From the NCBI GenBank assembly GCA_050250895.1, contig JBFWNU010000006.1, positions 379,720-443,719 of the forward strand: a DNA stretch of 64,000 nucleotides. The letters run 5' to 3'. The DNA is from Vulcanimicrobiota bacterium (GTDB lineage: Bacteria; Vulcanimicrobiota; Xenobia; Xenobiales; JADMJV01). Positions 27,015-36,315 of the stretch are shown here, one piece after another (the first letter of the stretch is position 1; each line of letters starts with the position of its first letter). The notes beneath the pieces were generated by a model. It searched no databases, had not been told where the DNA came from, and was given only the letters and a program-made list of their open reading frames with translations. Both the position numbers and the translations under genes were made by a program.

Positions 27015-29111
27015 CTAGCTATCGGCGCCGATCGTCATCTCTCCCAGGCCCATCGAAGAGACGGCCTCGATGAGCTTGTTCATCTTTGTCCGGTCGGCCC
27101 CCTCGGCCCCGCTGGCGAGGCTATTGAGCAGTCGCGACAGAGTGAGGTTCTTCAAGTCGCCGGTCGAGAGACTGGGATTGGTGAGGATCCTTTGCAGATC
27201 CTCGGGCAGACTGCGCTCGCCGTTGAGATAATCACCCAGCATGGCGCGCCCTGCCTCGCCGTTGGAAACGAAGGCGTCGAGCGACTTGCCGAGCGAGGCG
27301 GCATTCATGATTTTGTCGATGAACACGCCGTCGCCGCCGATGATGTCGATATTGGCCGAGCGGAAAGCCTCGGACATGACCATGGCTTGAGCCTCAGCGA
27401 TCTCTTTGTTGATGCGGATCTGCTCCAGGGCGATGACGCGCTGGTTCTCGAGCCGCAGACGGAACTCTTCGTGGTCTTTGCTAGCCTCGTCGAGAGCCTT
27501 CATGGCCTCGGCCTTCTTGGCGATACCTTCGGCCTCGGCCATTAGCTTGAGACGAATACCCTGAGCGTCGGTCTCGTGGCGGGCCTGCTCGACCTTGACC
27601 TCGGCCAGACCCAGCGCTTCGTTGGCCGGGGCGGCGGCTTCCTTGACCCGGACCTCGGCCATCCCCTCTTTCTCGCGAGCCAGAGCGTGGGCTTCTTTGA
27701 CCCGGGCCTCCGCCAGACCCTGAGCGGCCGCTTCGGCCTGAGTTCCTTCGGCCAGACGAATCTTGGCCTGAGCCCGTTTGTCGGCGACCTCGAGTTCGGC
27801 TTCGGCCACGGTGAGTTGCTCTTTGGCTTTGTGCCGGGCTACCTGTTCGGCAGCTTCAGCGGCCTTGACATCCTGGATCACGAGTTCCTGGGCCTGGGCC
27901 TCGGCGGCGATCACCTTGGCCTCCTTGTTGCGGCGAGCCGCTTCAACCACGCGCAGTTCTTTGATCCGTTCTTCTTCCTCGGCGACCGTCTTCTCGACGG
28001 CGATTCGCTCGCGGATGACATCCTGGATGAGCTTCTTCTCTTCTTCCAGGGCCCGCTCTTTGGCGATGCGCTGCAGTTCGGTCTCGCGCTCGCGAATGAT
28101 AGCTTCGAGTTGGCGGTCCTTCTCGACCCGTTCTTCTTCGATCGCCACCATCCGTTGGCGATTCTTTTGGGCCACCTCGATCTCGCGCATCTTGTTCTCT
28201 TCTTCGATGGCGATTTTTTCGTCGGCGCGAGCTTTGGCGATCTCTGCCTTTTCGCGTTCTTGCTGCTGGGCCACTTCGGTAGCCGAGCGCTCGGCCGCTT
28301 GCTTGACCGCGATTTGACGAGCTTGCTCGGCCTCGGCGTCTCTCTCCTGGCGCTCGAGTTCGAGGATCTTTTCCCGAGCCCGGGTATCTTGCTCCTTGAT
28401 CTGTTTCTCGGCCTCCCGGTTGTGATGGTTGGTCTGAATGTGCTGCAGGGTGGTCAACTCGGTGATTTTACGAATGCCCTGGGCGTCGAGGATGTTCTCG
28501 CGGTCGAGACTTTCGACCGGGGTCTGCTCGAGATAATCGATGGCAGCGTCCTCGAGCGAGTAACCGTTGAGGTCCTGCCCGATCACCTGGATGATCATGT
28601 CGCGGAAGTCTTCGCGCTTGGTGTAGAGTTCTTCGAACTCCATTTTTTTGCCGACCGTCTTGAGGGCTTCTGAGAACTTAGCCGTGAAAAGTTCATCGAG
28701 CACTTCGATGTTCGAGGCGCGTTGGCAGCCGATCAGCTGGGCCACTTTGACCACGTCGGCTTTGCTCTTGTTGACTTTGACATAGAACGACACGCGGATG
28801 TCGGCGCGGATATTGTCCTTGCAGATCAAGCCCTCGTGGCCACGGCGGTCGATGTGGATGGTCTTGACCGAGATATCCATCAACTCGGCTTTGTGGATGA
28901 CGGGATACACCAACCCGCCCGTAAACACCACCTCGGGTTCTTCGCCCATTTTGTTGATCAAAAGGGCGGTGCCCTGCTCGACTTTGATGTAGAAGCGCTT
29001 GAAGACGACCACCGTGATCAATCCGAAGAATCCGAGCATCACCAGGGCGATGGGCCCGTAAATCAGAATGCCTGGAACGTCGAGTCCCAAGATGTTGACC
29101 CCTAAGAACAT
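27015..29111 (-). CDS. Flotillin-family (YqiK-like) SPFH protein with long coiled coil
   Basis: N-terminal TM, GLICKDNIRADIRVSFYV SPFH core, ~350 aa of E/A/K/R heptads. Confidence 0.9.
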   Translation of the reverse strand: MFLGVNILGLDVPGILIYGPIALVMLGFFGLITVVVFKRFYIKVEQGTALLINKMGEEPEVVFTGGLVYPVIHKAELMDISVKTIHIDRRGHEGLICKDNIRADIRVSFYVKVNKSKADVVKVAQLIGCQRASNIEVLDELFTAKFSEALKTVGKKMEFEELYTKREDFRDMIIQVIGQDLNGYSLEDAAIDYLEQTPVESLDRENILDAQGIRKITELTTLQHIQTNHHNREAEKQIKEQDTRAREKILELERQERDAEAEQARQIAVKQAAERSATEVAQQQEREKAEIAKARADEKIAIEEENKMREIEVAQKNRQRMVAIEEERVEKDRQLEAIIRERETELQRIAKERALEEEKKLIQDVIRERIAVEKTVAEEEERIKELRVVEAARRNKEAKVIAAEAQAQELVIQDVKAAEAAEQVARHKAKEQLTVAEAELEVADKRAQAKIRLAEGTQAEAAAQGLAEARVKEAHALAREKEGMAEVRVKEAAAPANEALGLAEVKVEQARHETDAQGIRLKLMAEAEGIAKKAEAMKALDEASKDHEEFRLRLENQRVIALEQIRINKEIAEAQAMVMSEAFRSANIDIIGGDGVFIDKIMNAASLGKSLDAFVSNGEAGRAMLGDYLNGERSLPEDLQRILTNPSLSTGDLKNLTLSRLLNSLASGAEGADRTKMNKLIEAVSSMGLGEMTIGADS

Positions 29112-29113
29112 AG

Positions 29114-29794
29114 CTAGCTTTCCTCCCCATCCTCCCGCTCGATGGCCGATGGATGCACTGTGAAGACTTCGGTGTTCGCGTCATAGGACAAAAGCTTTGT
29201 CCGGTCGTGTCTTCTCAGAGAATTTTCCTCATAACATCGAATGTCAAACTCATAATCTTGCCCATCGTGGCGAAGGTGCCCTCTGCCAAAGGATTCGCTG
29301 ACCTTGCCTGTGATTATCGTGCACTCTCGATTGACCAGGCGTTCTCTGTCGACCGTTTGAGCCGTGCGAAAGAGCGGCGCCAACGGACGCACCACCAGCA
29401 GGCTCAATAGCAAGCCCCCGGCCAGGGCGGCCAGACCAACCCCTAGTCGGGCTGGCCATACCACTGGCGCAAAGTGGCTACTGATATAGTCCATCCCCAG
29501 GGCCGAAAACAACCAGCCAGAGCCCATCACGAAGGTGAGCAGCAAGATCGGGGGCACACCCGAAACGCCCAGCCAGGCTTGTTGCCGTTGCTCCCGAAAC
29601 CCACCCGCCCCTCCACCGTAGCCCGCCTCGGCCAGACCCGGATCAAGCCCCAACTTGCCCGCACCCACGTCGGCCTCGGGGTCGATCAATCCCAGCAGTA
29701 TCAGCAACCAATAGAGCGAACAAACGGCCAATCCCAGGGTGAACAAGACGGTCGGAAGGGTGAAGACGATACGAATGAGGTCGTTCTCGGCCAC
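29114..29794 (-). CDS. YqiJ/DUF1449/NfeD-like membrane protein with C-terminal OB fold
   Basis: PTVLFT...YWLLILLG, GVP, VRPLAPLF, then LVNRECTIITGKVSESFG; directly upstream of flotillin. Confidence 0.8.
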   Translation of the reverse strand: MAENDLIRIVFTLPTVLFTLGLAVCSLYWLLILLGLIDPEADVGAGKLGLDPGLAEAGYGGGAGGFREQRQQAWLGVSGVPPILLLTFVMGSGWLFSALGMDYISSHFAPVVWPARLGVGLAALAGGLLLSLLVVRPLAPLFRTAQTVDRERLVNRECTIITGKVSESFGRGHLRHDGQDYEFDIRCYEENSLRRHDRTKLLSYDANTEVFTVHPSAIEREDGEES

Positions 29795-29924
29795 GTTCTG
29801 TCTCGTTCCCTCTGGCTGCCGGCGGAAAACCTTCGGGTGGCCTGGGGCCCGGAGAACGTGGGCTCAGGGCTGACCACACCCTGGCGACGACAATCACGCT
29901 GGGCGCGACCCTCCTCTTGGCGCC

Positions 29925-32594
29925 TCAGTCCTCGGGTGGGTCGCTTTCTTTGGAGAGCTTCTCGATGGCCGGAAGGAAGAAGAGGGCCGCCAGCAGATTG
30001 GCGGCCATACCGGTCGAGATCACGAAGCCCAGGCTGTTGATGCCACGGTGGGCGGCCGAGAGCAGACTGCCGAAGCCGGCGATGGTGGTCAGGGCCGACA
30101 GGATGACGGCCGGGCCGGTCGAGCTAGTCAGGATCTCGTGGGTATCCAGTTCATAGATCCGGTGGGTCACGTGGATGCCGAATACCGAGCCTACTCCGAC
30201 CAGCATGGGCAGGGCCACGAAGTTGGCAGGATTGAACTGGATACCCCACCAGCCCATGAACCCAACCATCCACAGGACACCCAGGGCGGTGGGAAGGAAC
30301 GTCAACAGCACCCGACTGGGCGAGCGCAGGTAGACGGCCATGACCAGCAGGACTACAGCCAGCGTTACCCAGACCGTGCGGCGGTGGGTCTGGCCGATCA
30401 CTTCTTCGAAGTGGTTCATCAGGATGGGATCGCCCAGGACCTGAGGGTCGGTGCGCGAGATGTCGCGCACGAATTGAACCAGGGGAGGGCGATCCCAAAC
30501 GTTGCCGGCCGGCCTGACCAGCATGGCCAGGTCGCCCTCCACCCCGACCAGACGCACCCGAAGGGGTTCGGGAATGTCCTCGAGCGTTGGTGGGTCGGCT
30601 TTCTGGGCCGTCAGAAAGGCCATGACCAGCCGCAGGTCTTCGTAGAGAGCTAGCTGGGTCTGGTCGATGGCGTCAAAGAGTGGTCCTGGACCGCGTTCGT
30701 CTAGAGCCGCTCGCAACCGGGACATCTGTTCCTTCATGCGAGCCGCCTGCTCTTTCGTGGCCGCGTCGGCCGCCAGGGTCGGATAGGCCTTGAGAAAGGT
30801 CTCCTCTAGATGGTCGATGGCCGCGGACAGAGGCCGAGCCGGGGTGGGAGGGGGCGCAGTGGTGGGCACTTCCAGCCCTTCGATGCGGGTGATGATCCGG
30901 GTCACCGCCTCGGTCCTGGTGTCGCTCTGGGGAGGGACCAGATCGCTCGGGGTGGTGACGTCGTGGACGGTGGCCTGCCCCCGAAAGGTCTTGGCTCGAG
31001 TGCGCGCCTCTTCCAAATTGGGAGCCAGCGAGATGGCCGACAACACTGATGTTTTGCCCTCGCGAGCCAACTGCAGTTCGGTCTTGATCGATTCGAGATC
31101 TTGAGCCTGAATGTGGAGCAAGTTGTAGTCGAAGCCCACCTTCATAGCCAGCGGAACGGCCATCGCCGAAATGACCACGGCTCCCAGCACCATCCACCGG
31201 GCGTTGGCCAGGAGCGTCTGTTCGAGTGGTCCCAGGTTTCGGGCCAGGGCCGATCGCTCGAATCGGGTAGAGCCTCGTTCCGCCAGGGCTAGCAAGGCCG
31301 GCAAGATAATGATAGTGGCTGCATAACAGAGCAACACACCCCCCCCCGCGATGATGCCGAGTTCGGCCACCCCCTTGAAGCCCGTGACCAGCAGCACGAG
31401 CAGGGCAAAGGCGGTCGAAACGGCTCCGATGAAGGTGTCCAGGCCAGTTCCTCGAGCGGTGACGTCGAGCGCCTCGTCGGGGGGCTTCCCGTGTACTCGT
31501 TCTTCGTAATAGCGAAAAGTGATATGAATCCCGAAGTCGATGCCCAGGCCGCACAGCATCGAGATGTAGGTGACGGTGATGAAGTTGAGATGGCCCACCG
31601 TGAGGGTGGTGAAGCCCAGGGTCCAGGTGAGGCCGACTACCAGGGCCAGCATCGCCATGGCCGGTCGGCGGAACTCGCCAAAGCCCAGAGTGAAGAGCAA
31701 AGTGATCAGGATGAGGGTGATGGTCGAGCTTTTGATGGAGTCAAGGCCACAAGTACGGCGCTCGTCGGTCAGCAGCACCGGTTCGCCGGTAACTCGGATG
31801 CGCAGGCCTGGATAATGGGGCGTGAGTTCGGAGATGATGGTCCGGATGCGATCCACCGAGGGACCGGTCGGCGACACGCGGTCGTCCGAGAGGGTGGGCT
31901 TGACCAGCAAAAGGTGGGTCTCGCCGTCTTCGAGCAGGTTATAGAAGACGGTGTCGCCCTGAAACAGGCGCTGCTGCCGCTCGTCGTCGGTCTTGAAGCG
32001 GCTGCTGAACATGGGCCCGGGTGCCCCCTCGCTGGCGAGGCGTCCCAAGAGCTGATCGAGCAGCCGGACGGCCAGCCCCAGGGCCTGGGCCCGTTGTTGA
32101 GCGTCGCTGCTGTCGAGGCGTTCTTCGAACAGACTCAGCAGGGTAGGGAAGTCCTGCCCCTGGGTCAAGCTGAGCAGGTAGGGTCTCGAGGCGGTCAATT
32201 CGGACTCGAGCTCGTCGAGCTGCTGGTTGGTCAGGAAGAACAGCCCCCGCTCTCTGAGGTAGGTTAGATCGAGCTTGTAGAAAGCGTGGCTGAAGAACTG
32301 CGGCTCGGCCTCGAGACGTTCTTGCAACTGCTCGAGAAAGCTCAGGCGGCTGGCCAGCGGACCTCGATCGACGAGCACGGCAATGTCGTGAGGCAAAGGA
32401 AACTTCTCTTTGTAGCGCCGAATCTGCTGGATGTAGGGGTCATCTTCGCGAAACAGATACGACCAATCGGTCTGCAGGTCGAGCCGCAGCGAGGTCAGCA
32501 CGAGACAAGCGATCCCAATAATCACAGCTACCAACAGGGTCGGCACCGGATTGCGAAAGGCGCCTCTGGCGATTGTTACTTGCAGCATCGGCAA
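29925..32594 (-). CDS. MMPL/RND-family lipid transporter (HpnN-like)
   Basis: Two membrane repeats with GLGIDFGIH and GVGSVFGIH; SALTTIAGFGSL; large periplasmic loops. Confidence 0.88.
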   Translation of the reverse strand: MPMLQVTIARGAFRNPVPTLLVAVIIGIACLVLTSLRLDLQTDWSYLFREDDPYIQQIRRYKEKFPLPHDIAVLVDRGPLASRLSFLEQLQERLEAEPQFFSHAFYKLDLTYLRERGLFFLTNQQLDELESELTASRPYLLSLTQGQDFPTLLSLFEERLDSSDAQQRAQALGLAVRLLDQLLGRLASEGAPGPMFSSRFKTDDERQQRLFQGDTVFYNLLEDGETHLLLVKPTLSDDRVSPTGPSVDRIRTIISELTPHYPGLRIRVTGEPVLLTDERRTCGLDSIKSSTITLILITLLFTLGFGEFRRPAMAMLALVVGLTWTLGFTTLTVGHLNFITVTYISMLCGLGIDFGIHITFRYYEERVHGKPPDEALDVTARGTGLDTFIGAVSTAFALLVLLVTGFKGVAELGIIAGGGVLLCYAATIIILPALLALAERGSTRFERSALARNLGPLEQTLLANARWMVLGAVVISAMAVPLAMKVGFDYNLLHIQAQDLESIKTELQLAREGKTSVLSAISLAPNLEEARTRAKTFRGQATVHDVTTPSDLVPPQSDTRTEAVTRIITRIEGLEVPTTAPPPTPARPLSAAIDHLEETFLKAYPTLAADAATKEQAARMKEQMSRLRAALDERGPGPLFDAIDQTQLALYEDLRLVMAFLTAQKADPPTLEDIPEPLRVRLVGVEGDLAMLVRPAGNVWDRPPLVQFVRDISRTDPQVLGDPILMNHFEEVIGQTHRRTVWVTLAVVLLVMAVYLRSPSRVLLTFLPTALGVLWMVGFMGWWGIQFNPANFVALPMLVGVGSVFGIHVTHRIYELDTHEILTSSTGPAVILSALTTIAGFGSLLSAAHRGINSLGFVISTGMAANLLAALFFLPAIEKLSKESDPPED

Positions 32595-32654
32595 ACGCCG
32601 CGTTCTTCTCGCCCTGGGTCTGCCCCTCTACCGTGGGAGAGAAAGGAACTGACG

Positions 32655-33650
32655 ATGAGTTTTCGAGTCCACGTGACCCGCCCCATTCCCGAGGCAGGCT
32701 TGGAGCAGTTGCGGGCGGCGGGTTTTGCCGTGACGGTACCGAGCGAACTGGGCACTCCGTCGCGGGCTCAGCTGCTCGAGGCTTGCGAGTCGGTGGACGG
32801 GATCGTGTCGCTGCTGACCGAGAAGATCGATGCCGAACTCTTCGAGCGAGCCCCGCGCCTCAAGGTGGTCTGCAACATGGCGGTAGGCTATGACAATGTC
32901 GAGATGGCCGAGGCGACCCGGAGGGGAATCCTGGTCTGCAACACCCCCGGGGTGTTGACCGAGACCACGGCCGATTTCACCTGGGCCCTGATGCTGGCTG
33001 TGGCCCGGCGAGTAGTCGAAGGTCACGCCCTGGTGACCGAAGGCAAGTTCGACGCCTGGGGGCCCCTGATGCTGTTGGGACATGACCTCTACGGTCAGGC
33101 GCTCGGGATCGTGGGCATGGGTCGCATCGGACGAGCCGTGGCCCGGCGCGCCGTCGGATTTGGCATGCGAGTCGTTTTTGCCTCAAGCTCGAGCACTCCC
33201 GAAGAGATCGCCCTGGGTCTCGGCACGGTTGCGCGTCGAGTCGGGCTCGAGCAGTTGCTGGCCGAGAGCGACTATGTCAGCCTGCATACTCCCCTCACGC
33301 CAGCAACGTATCACCTCATCGATGCGTCTGCCCTGGCCCGGATGAAACCGACAGCTTTCTTGATTAACACCAGCCGCGGTCCGGTGGTGGATGAACAGGC
33401 TCTAGTCGAGGCTCTGCGCGCGGGGCGCCTGGCCGGAGCAGGCCTCGACGTTTTCGAGCGCGAGCCGCAGGTGCATCCGGCGTTGTTCGGATTGCCCGGG
33501 GTGGTGCTGGCGCCCCACGCGGCGAGCGCCAGCGTGGCCACCCGCAATCGCATGGCGACCATGGCTACCGGTCAGATGGTCGACGTCTTGTCGGGTCGTC
33601 GGCCGCCGCATCCGGTCAATCCCCAGGTCTGGCCTGGCCCTAAGAACTAA
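32655..33650 (+). CDS. D-glycerate dehydrogenase / glyoxylate reductase
   Basis: MAVGYDN, NTPGVLTETTAD, GMGRIG, INTSRGPVVDE, LDVFERE; ATG after AAGGA. Confidence 0.92.
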   Translation: MSFRVHVTRPIPEAGLEQLRAAGFAVTVPSELGTPSRAQLLEACESVDGIVSLLTEKIDAELFERAPRLKVVCNMAVGYDNVEMAEATRRGILVCNTPGVLTETTADFTWALMLAVARRVVEGHALVTEGKFDAWGPLMLLGHDLYGQALGIVGMGRIGRAVARRAVGFGMRVVFASSSSTPEEIALGLGTVARRVGLEQLLAESDYVSLHTPLTPATYHLIDASALARMKPTAFLINTSRGPVVDEQALVEALRAGRLAGAGLDVFEREPQVHPALFGLPGVVLAPHAASASVATRNRMATMATGQMVDVLSGRRPPHPVNPQVWPGPKN

Positions 33651-33652
33651 AG

Positions 33653-33673
33653 AGCCGGGCTCAGGGCCCGGCT
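33653..33673. terminator. Hairpin between convergent genes
   Basis: AGCCGGGC-tcagg-GCCCGGCT. Confidence 0.5.
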
Positions 33674-33699
33674 TGACCTTCGTCCTCGCCGCTGGGGGT

Positions 33700-34692
33700 T
33701 CAAGAGGCCGAGGGAGATTCGGCCCCTCCGCGACTGAGCCTGAGTTCGCCGCTATCGATGCGCCAACCCGACGAAGTGCGAACCACGAGGTAGCTGCCAC
33801 GATAGGTGCGGGCTTCGTCGGCCTCTTGCATGTCGACCACGAAATCGACCTGCACCTGGTTTTCGGTGATGGACTGGTGATTCTCGATGCGACAACCCAC
33901 CGCGTGAGTCTGCTCGAAGCCGGCCACGAACGAGTCGTAAGGCAGTTCAGAGCGCCAACCCTGACTGAGCAGGTCGTAGGCGACGTTGAAGTTACCTCGG
34001 TCGATGGCTTGATAGAATCCGAGGACGGCGCCTCGGGCCTCGAGCGCCTGGTTTTGATTCACCTGGGCTTGAGCCGAATAATTAGGTGGCGCCACTGGCC
34101 GGGCCCGATGCAGCCGGATGGCGAGCCAGCCCAGCAGCGGGATCGACAAGACGATCAACAATACCCCGGCCAGTTTGAGCGACTCGCTCATCACGCTGGC
34201 GGTTGATTGAGCCGATCGTTTGAGCCACGCCTCGGCACGGCTGGCGCGGTAAGCCACCAGGTACTGCACGGCTCGGCCCACAAAACTGATCTTCTTGCGG
34301 TCTATCTGCAGCCGAGGGCGCCGCGGGGCGGTCGGTTGCGAAGCCGGGTTGGTGACGGAGCGAGCAGCCACGGGTCGAGTGACCGGGGCCTCTTCCTCTT
34401 CTTCGTAGCCGCCGTTCTCGATGACCTCTTCAGCGGGTTCATCCGCCTCGGCTACTTCGACTTCTTCAGGCTCGGGCTCTGGAATTGGCTCGGGCTCGGC
34501 CACCGGAGCCGGGGCGGCTTTGGCCGGGGCGGCTTTGGGAGCCTCGGCGGCTTCGCCACCCTCGGCCACCTCTACGACCGAGGAGCCTTTGTGTCCGGTT
34601 TTGCGCTGGTGCCGTCGTAGGGTGATAGCATGGGGAAATTCTTCTCCACACTCACCACAGATGTGCTTGTTCTTCTTCTTGCCGTCTGCCAT
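33700..34692 (-). CDS. Bitopic membrane protein with an N-terminal classical C2H2 zinc finger
   Basis: C-x2-C-x3-F-x5-L-x2-H-x5-H, acidic E/P/A linker, one TM, C-terminal NTF2-like domain (FYQAIDRGNFNVAYDLLS...GWRID). Confidence 0.82.
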   Translation of the reverse strand: MADGKKKNKHICGECGEEFPHAITLRRHQRKTGHKGSSVVEVAEGGEAAEAPKAAPAKAAPAPVAEPEPIPEPEPEEVEVAEADEPAEEVIENGGYEEEEEAPVTRPVAARSVTNPASQPTAPRRPRLQIDRKKISFVGRAVQYLVAYRASRAEAWLKRSAQSTASVMSESLKLAGVLLIVLSIPLLGWLAIRLHRARPVAPPNYSAQAQVNQNQALEARGAVLGFYQAIDRGNFNVAYDLLSQGWRSELPYDSFVAGFEQTHAVGCRIENHQSITENQVQVDFVVDMQEADEARTYRGSYLVVRTSSGWRIDSGELRLSRGGAESPSAS

Positions 34693-34884
34693 GTCTTCTA
34701 GTCTATCCTGAGACTACCGAATTGAGGGCGCAATTTGTTTGAAAATTCTGTAGAACTTGTAAACGACCTTTAAAAAGGTGTTAACAAATCCTCGTTAGGC
34801 AAACTCGAAGACAGGCGGTTCTTCTTATCACCGACTGGGGTCTGACCACAGGGGAATCGCCCTCAAAGAAGAACTCTGGCCGCC

Positions 34885-36315
34885 GTGAAGCCGATCTTGG
34901 TGATTTGTGGCGCGGGTCAGACCGGCGCCGTGCTGGCTGAGCGCGCCATCTCTCATTGGCGCGTGACGATGATTGACATCGAACCGAATCGGGGCGAAGG
35001 GTTGCCCGACGAGGTGATTTTTCACCCGGGTGATGCTACCAGCAGCCTGGTCCTGAAGAAGGCCGAGGTCGACAAAGCCCATTTCGTGGTAGCGGCTACC
35101 GGTGACGACGAGGTCAATTTCGAGGTCTGCCGGATGGTGCGCGATCGATTCGAGGTAGCGAACTGTCTGGCTCTGGTCCATCAGGTAGGCCGGCGCGCCC
35201 AATTTGAAGCGATCGGGGCTCGCGTGGTCAGCCGGCCACGCTCGGTGGCCTCGATCGTCGAGTCACAGCTCGATGCCGGGCGGCGCACCACCTCGGATAT
35301 CGGTCTGGGTCAGGGCGAGATCTACGAGGTCACGGTCCAGCCGCATTCTCCCGTGGTGGGCAAGTCGCTGGCGGTGCTGCGACCCCAAAGCTGGATCTTG
35401 GGAGCTATCTATCGCAAGGATCGACTGGTGGTGCCCCACGGCCAAACCCAGATTGAAGCGGGTGATCGCTGTCTGCTCATCGGCCATCCCGAAATCCTCC
35501 CCGGTATCGCTGACTATTTTCAGCGGGGCACCTCGGAGTTTCCACTCCAGTTCGGGACCACCTTTGGGGTCCTGGCCGACTCGTCCGGAGTGCCCTGGGA
35601 AGAGGTCGCCTGGCTGGTCGAGCATTCGGCTGCCCGCGAGGGCCGGTTGTTGGTCCCCAAGGAGCTACCCGGGCAATGGGGCGCGAGCCTGGCCGACAAA
35701 GCCGGCTTCCACGAGAAGGTCTATCCCCTCGATGGCCGTTGGCCCACCAACTTTCAGGAGGTGGAAGAAGAGATCGATAACGCCTGCCTGGTCGTTCCCG
35801 CCCCCGAGGTCGATTGGCGAGATCGCTTCGGCTTTGGCAACCGGGCTTTGATGGACATCCTCGACGAGACCAGTGAGCCCGTCCTGATCGCTCGGGGCAG
35901 CCATCCCTACAAGCGAATCCTGCTGGCCGTCTCGCCCGGCGCGGGCACCTCCAGGGCGGCCGAATTGGCTGTCGACGTGACTCGCAAGTTCTCGGCCCAG
36001 CTGACGGCGGTGGGCGTGTGCCCCGCCGACATCGTGGGTGGCGAGGACTTTCGCCAGGAGGTGCAAGAGTACCTGAGTCAGGTGCGGTCGATCGCCAATC
36101 TCTACAATCAGGAAGTCAAGGTGCAACTGGTCGACGGCAATCCCGTCCATCAGTTGACCAGCTTGGCCGAAGAGTTCGACCTGCTGGTGGTGGCCCACCG
36201 CCGCCGGCGGCAGTTCACCCTGACTCGGATCGATGTGTCTCGCCACCTCATGCTGAGGTCGCCGTGCTCGGTGATGGTGCTACCCTTCCTCAAGGAAAAC
36301 GTCCATGGAAGGTGA
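34885..36315 (+). CDS. TrkA-type RCK_N/RCK_C protein fused to universal stress protein domain(s)
   Basis: ICGAGQTG, GDAT, ATGDDEVN; RCK_C (IYRKDRLVVPHG); USP (YKRILLAV...DLLVV...SPCSVMV). Confidence 0.85.
   Translation: MKPILVICGAGQTGAVLAERAISHWRVTMIDIEPNRGEGLPDEVIFHPGDATSSLVLKKAEVDKAHFVVAATGDDEVNFEVCRMVRDRFEVANCLALVHQVGRRAQFEAIGARVVSRPRSVASIVESQLDAGRRTTSDIGLGQGEIYEVTVQPHSPVVGKSLAVLRPQSWILGAIYRKDRLVVPHGQTQIEAGDRCLLIGHPEILPGIADYFQRGTSEFPLQFGTTFGVLADSSGVPWEEVAWLVEHSAAREGRLLVPKELPGQWGASLADKAGFHEKVYPLDGRWPTNFQEVEEEIDNACLVVPAPEVDWRDRFGFGNRALMDILDETSEPVLIARGSHPYKRILLAVSPGAGTSRAAELAVDVTRKFSAQLTAVGVCPADIVGGEDFRQEVQEYLSQVRSIANLYNQEVKVQLVDGNPVHQLTSLAEEFDLLVVAHRRRRQFTLTRIDVSRHLMLRSPCSVMVLPFLKENVHGR

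Noticed and set aside
21464-28673. Long antisense ORFs over the ATPase and flotillin genes (for example 21464..22624, 27576..28673)
   Set aside because: Typical high-GC antisense shadows with no motifs.
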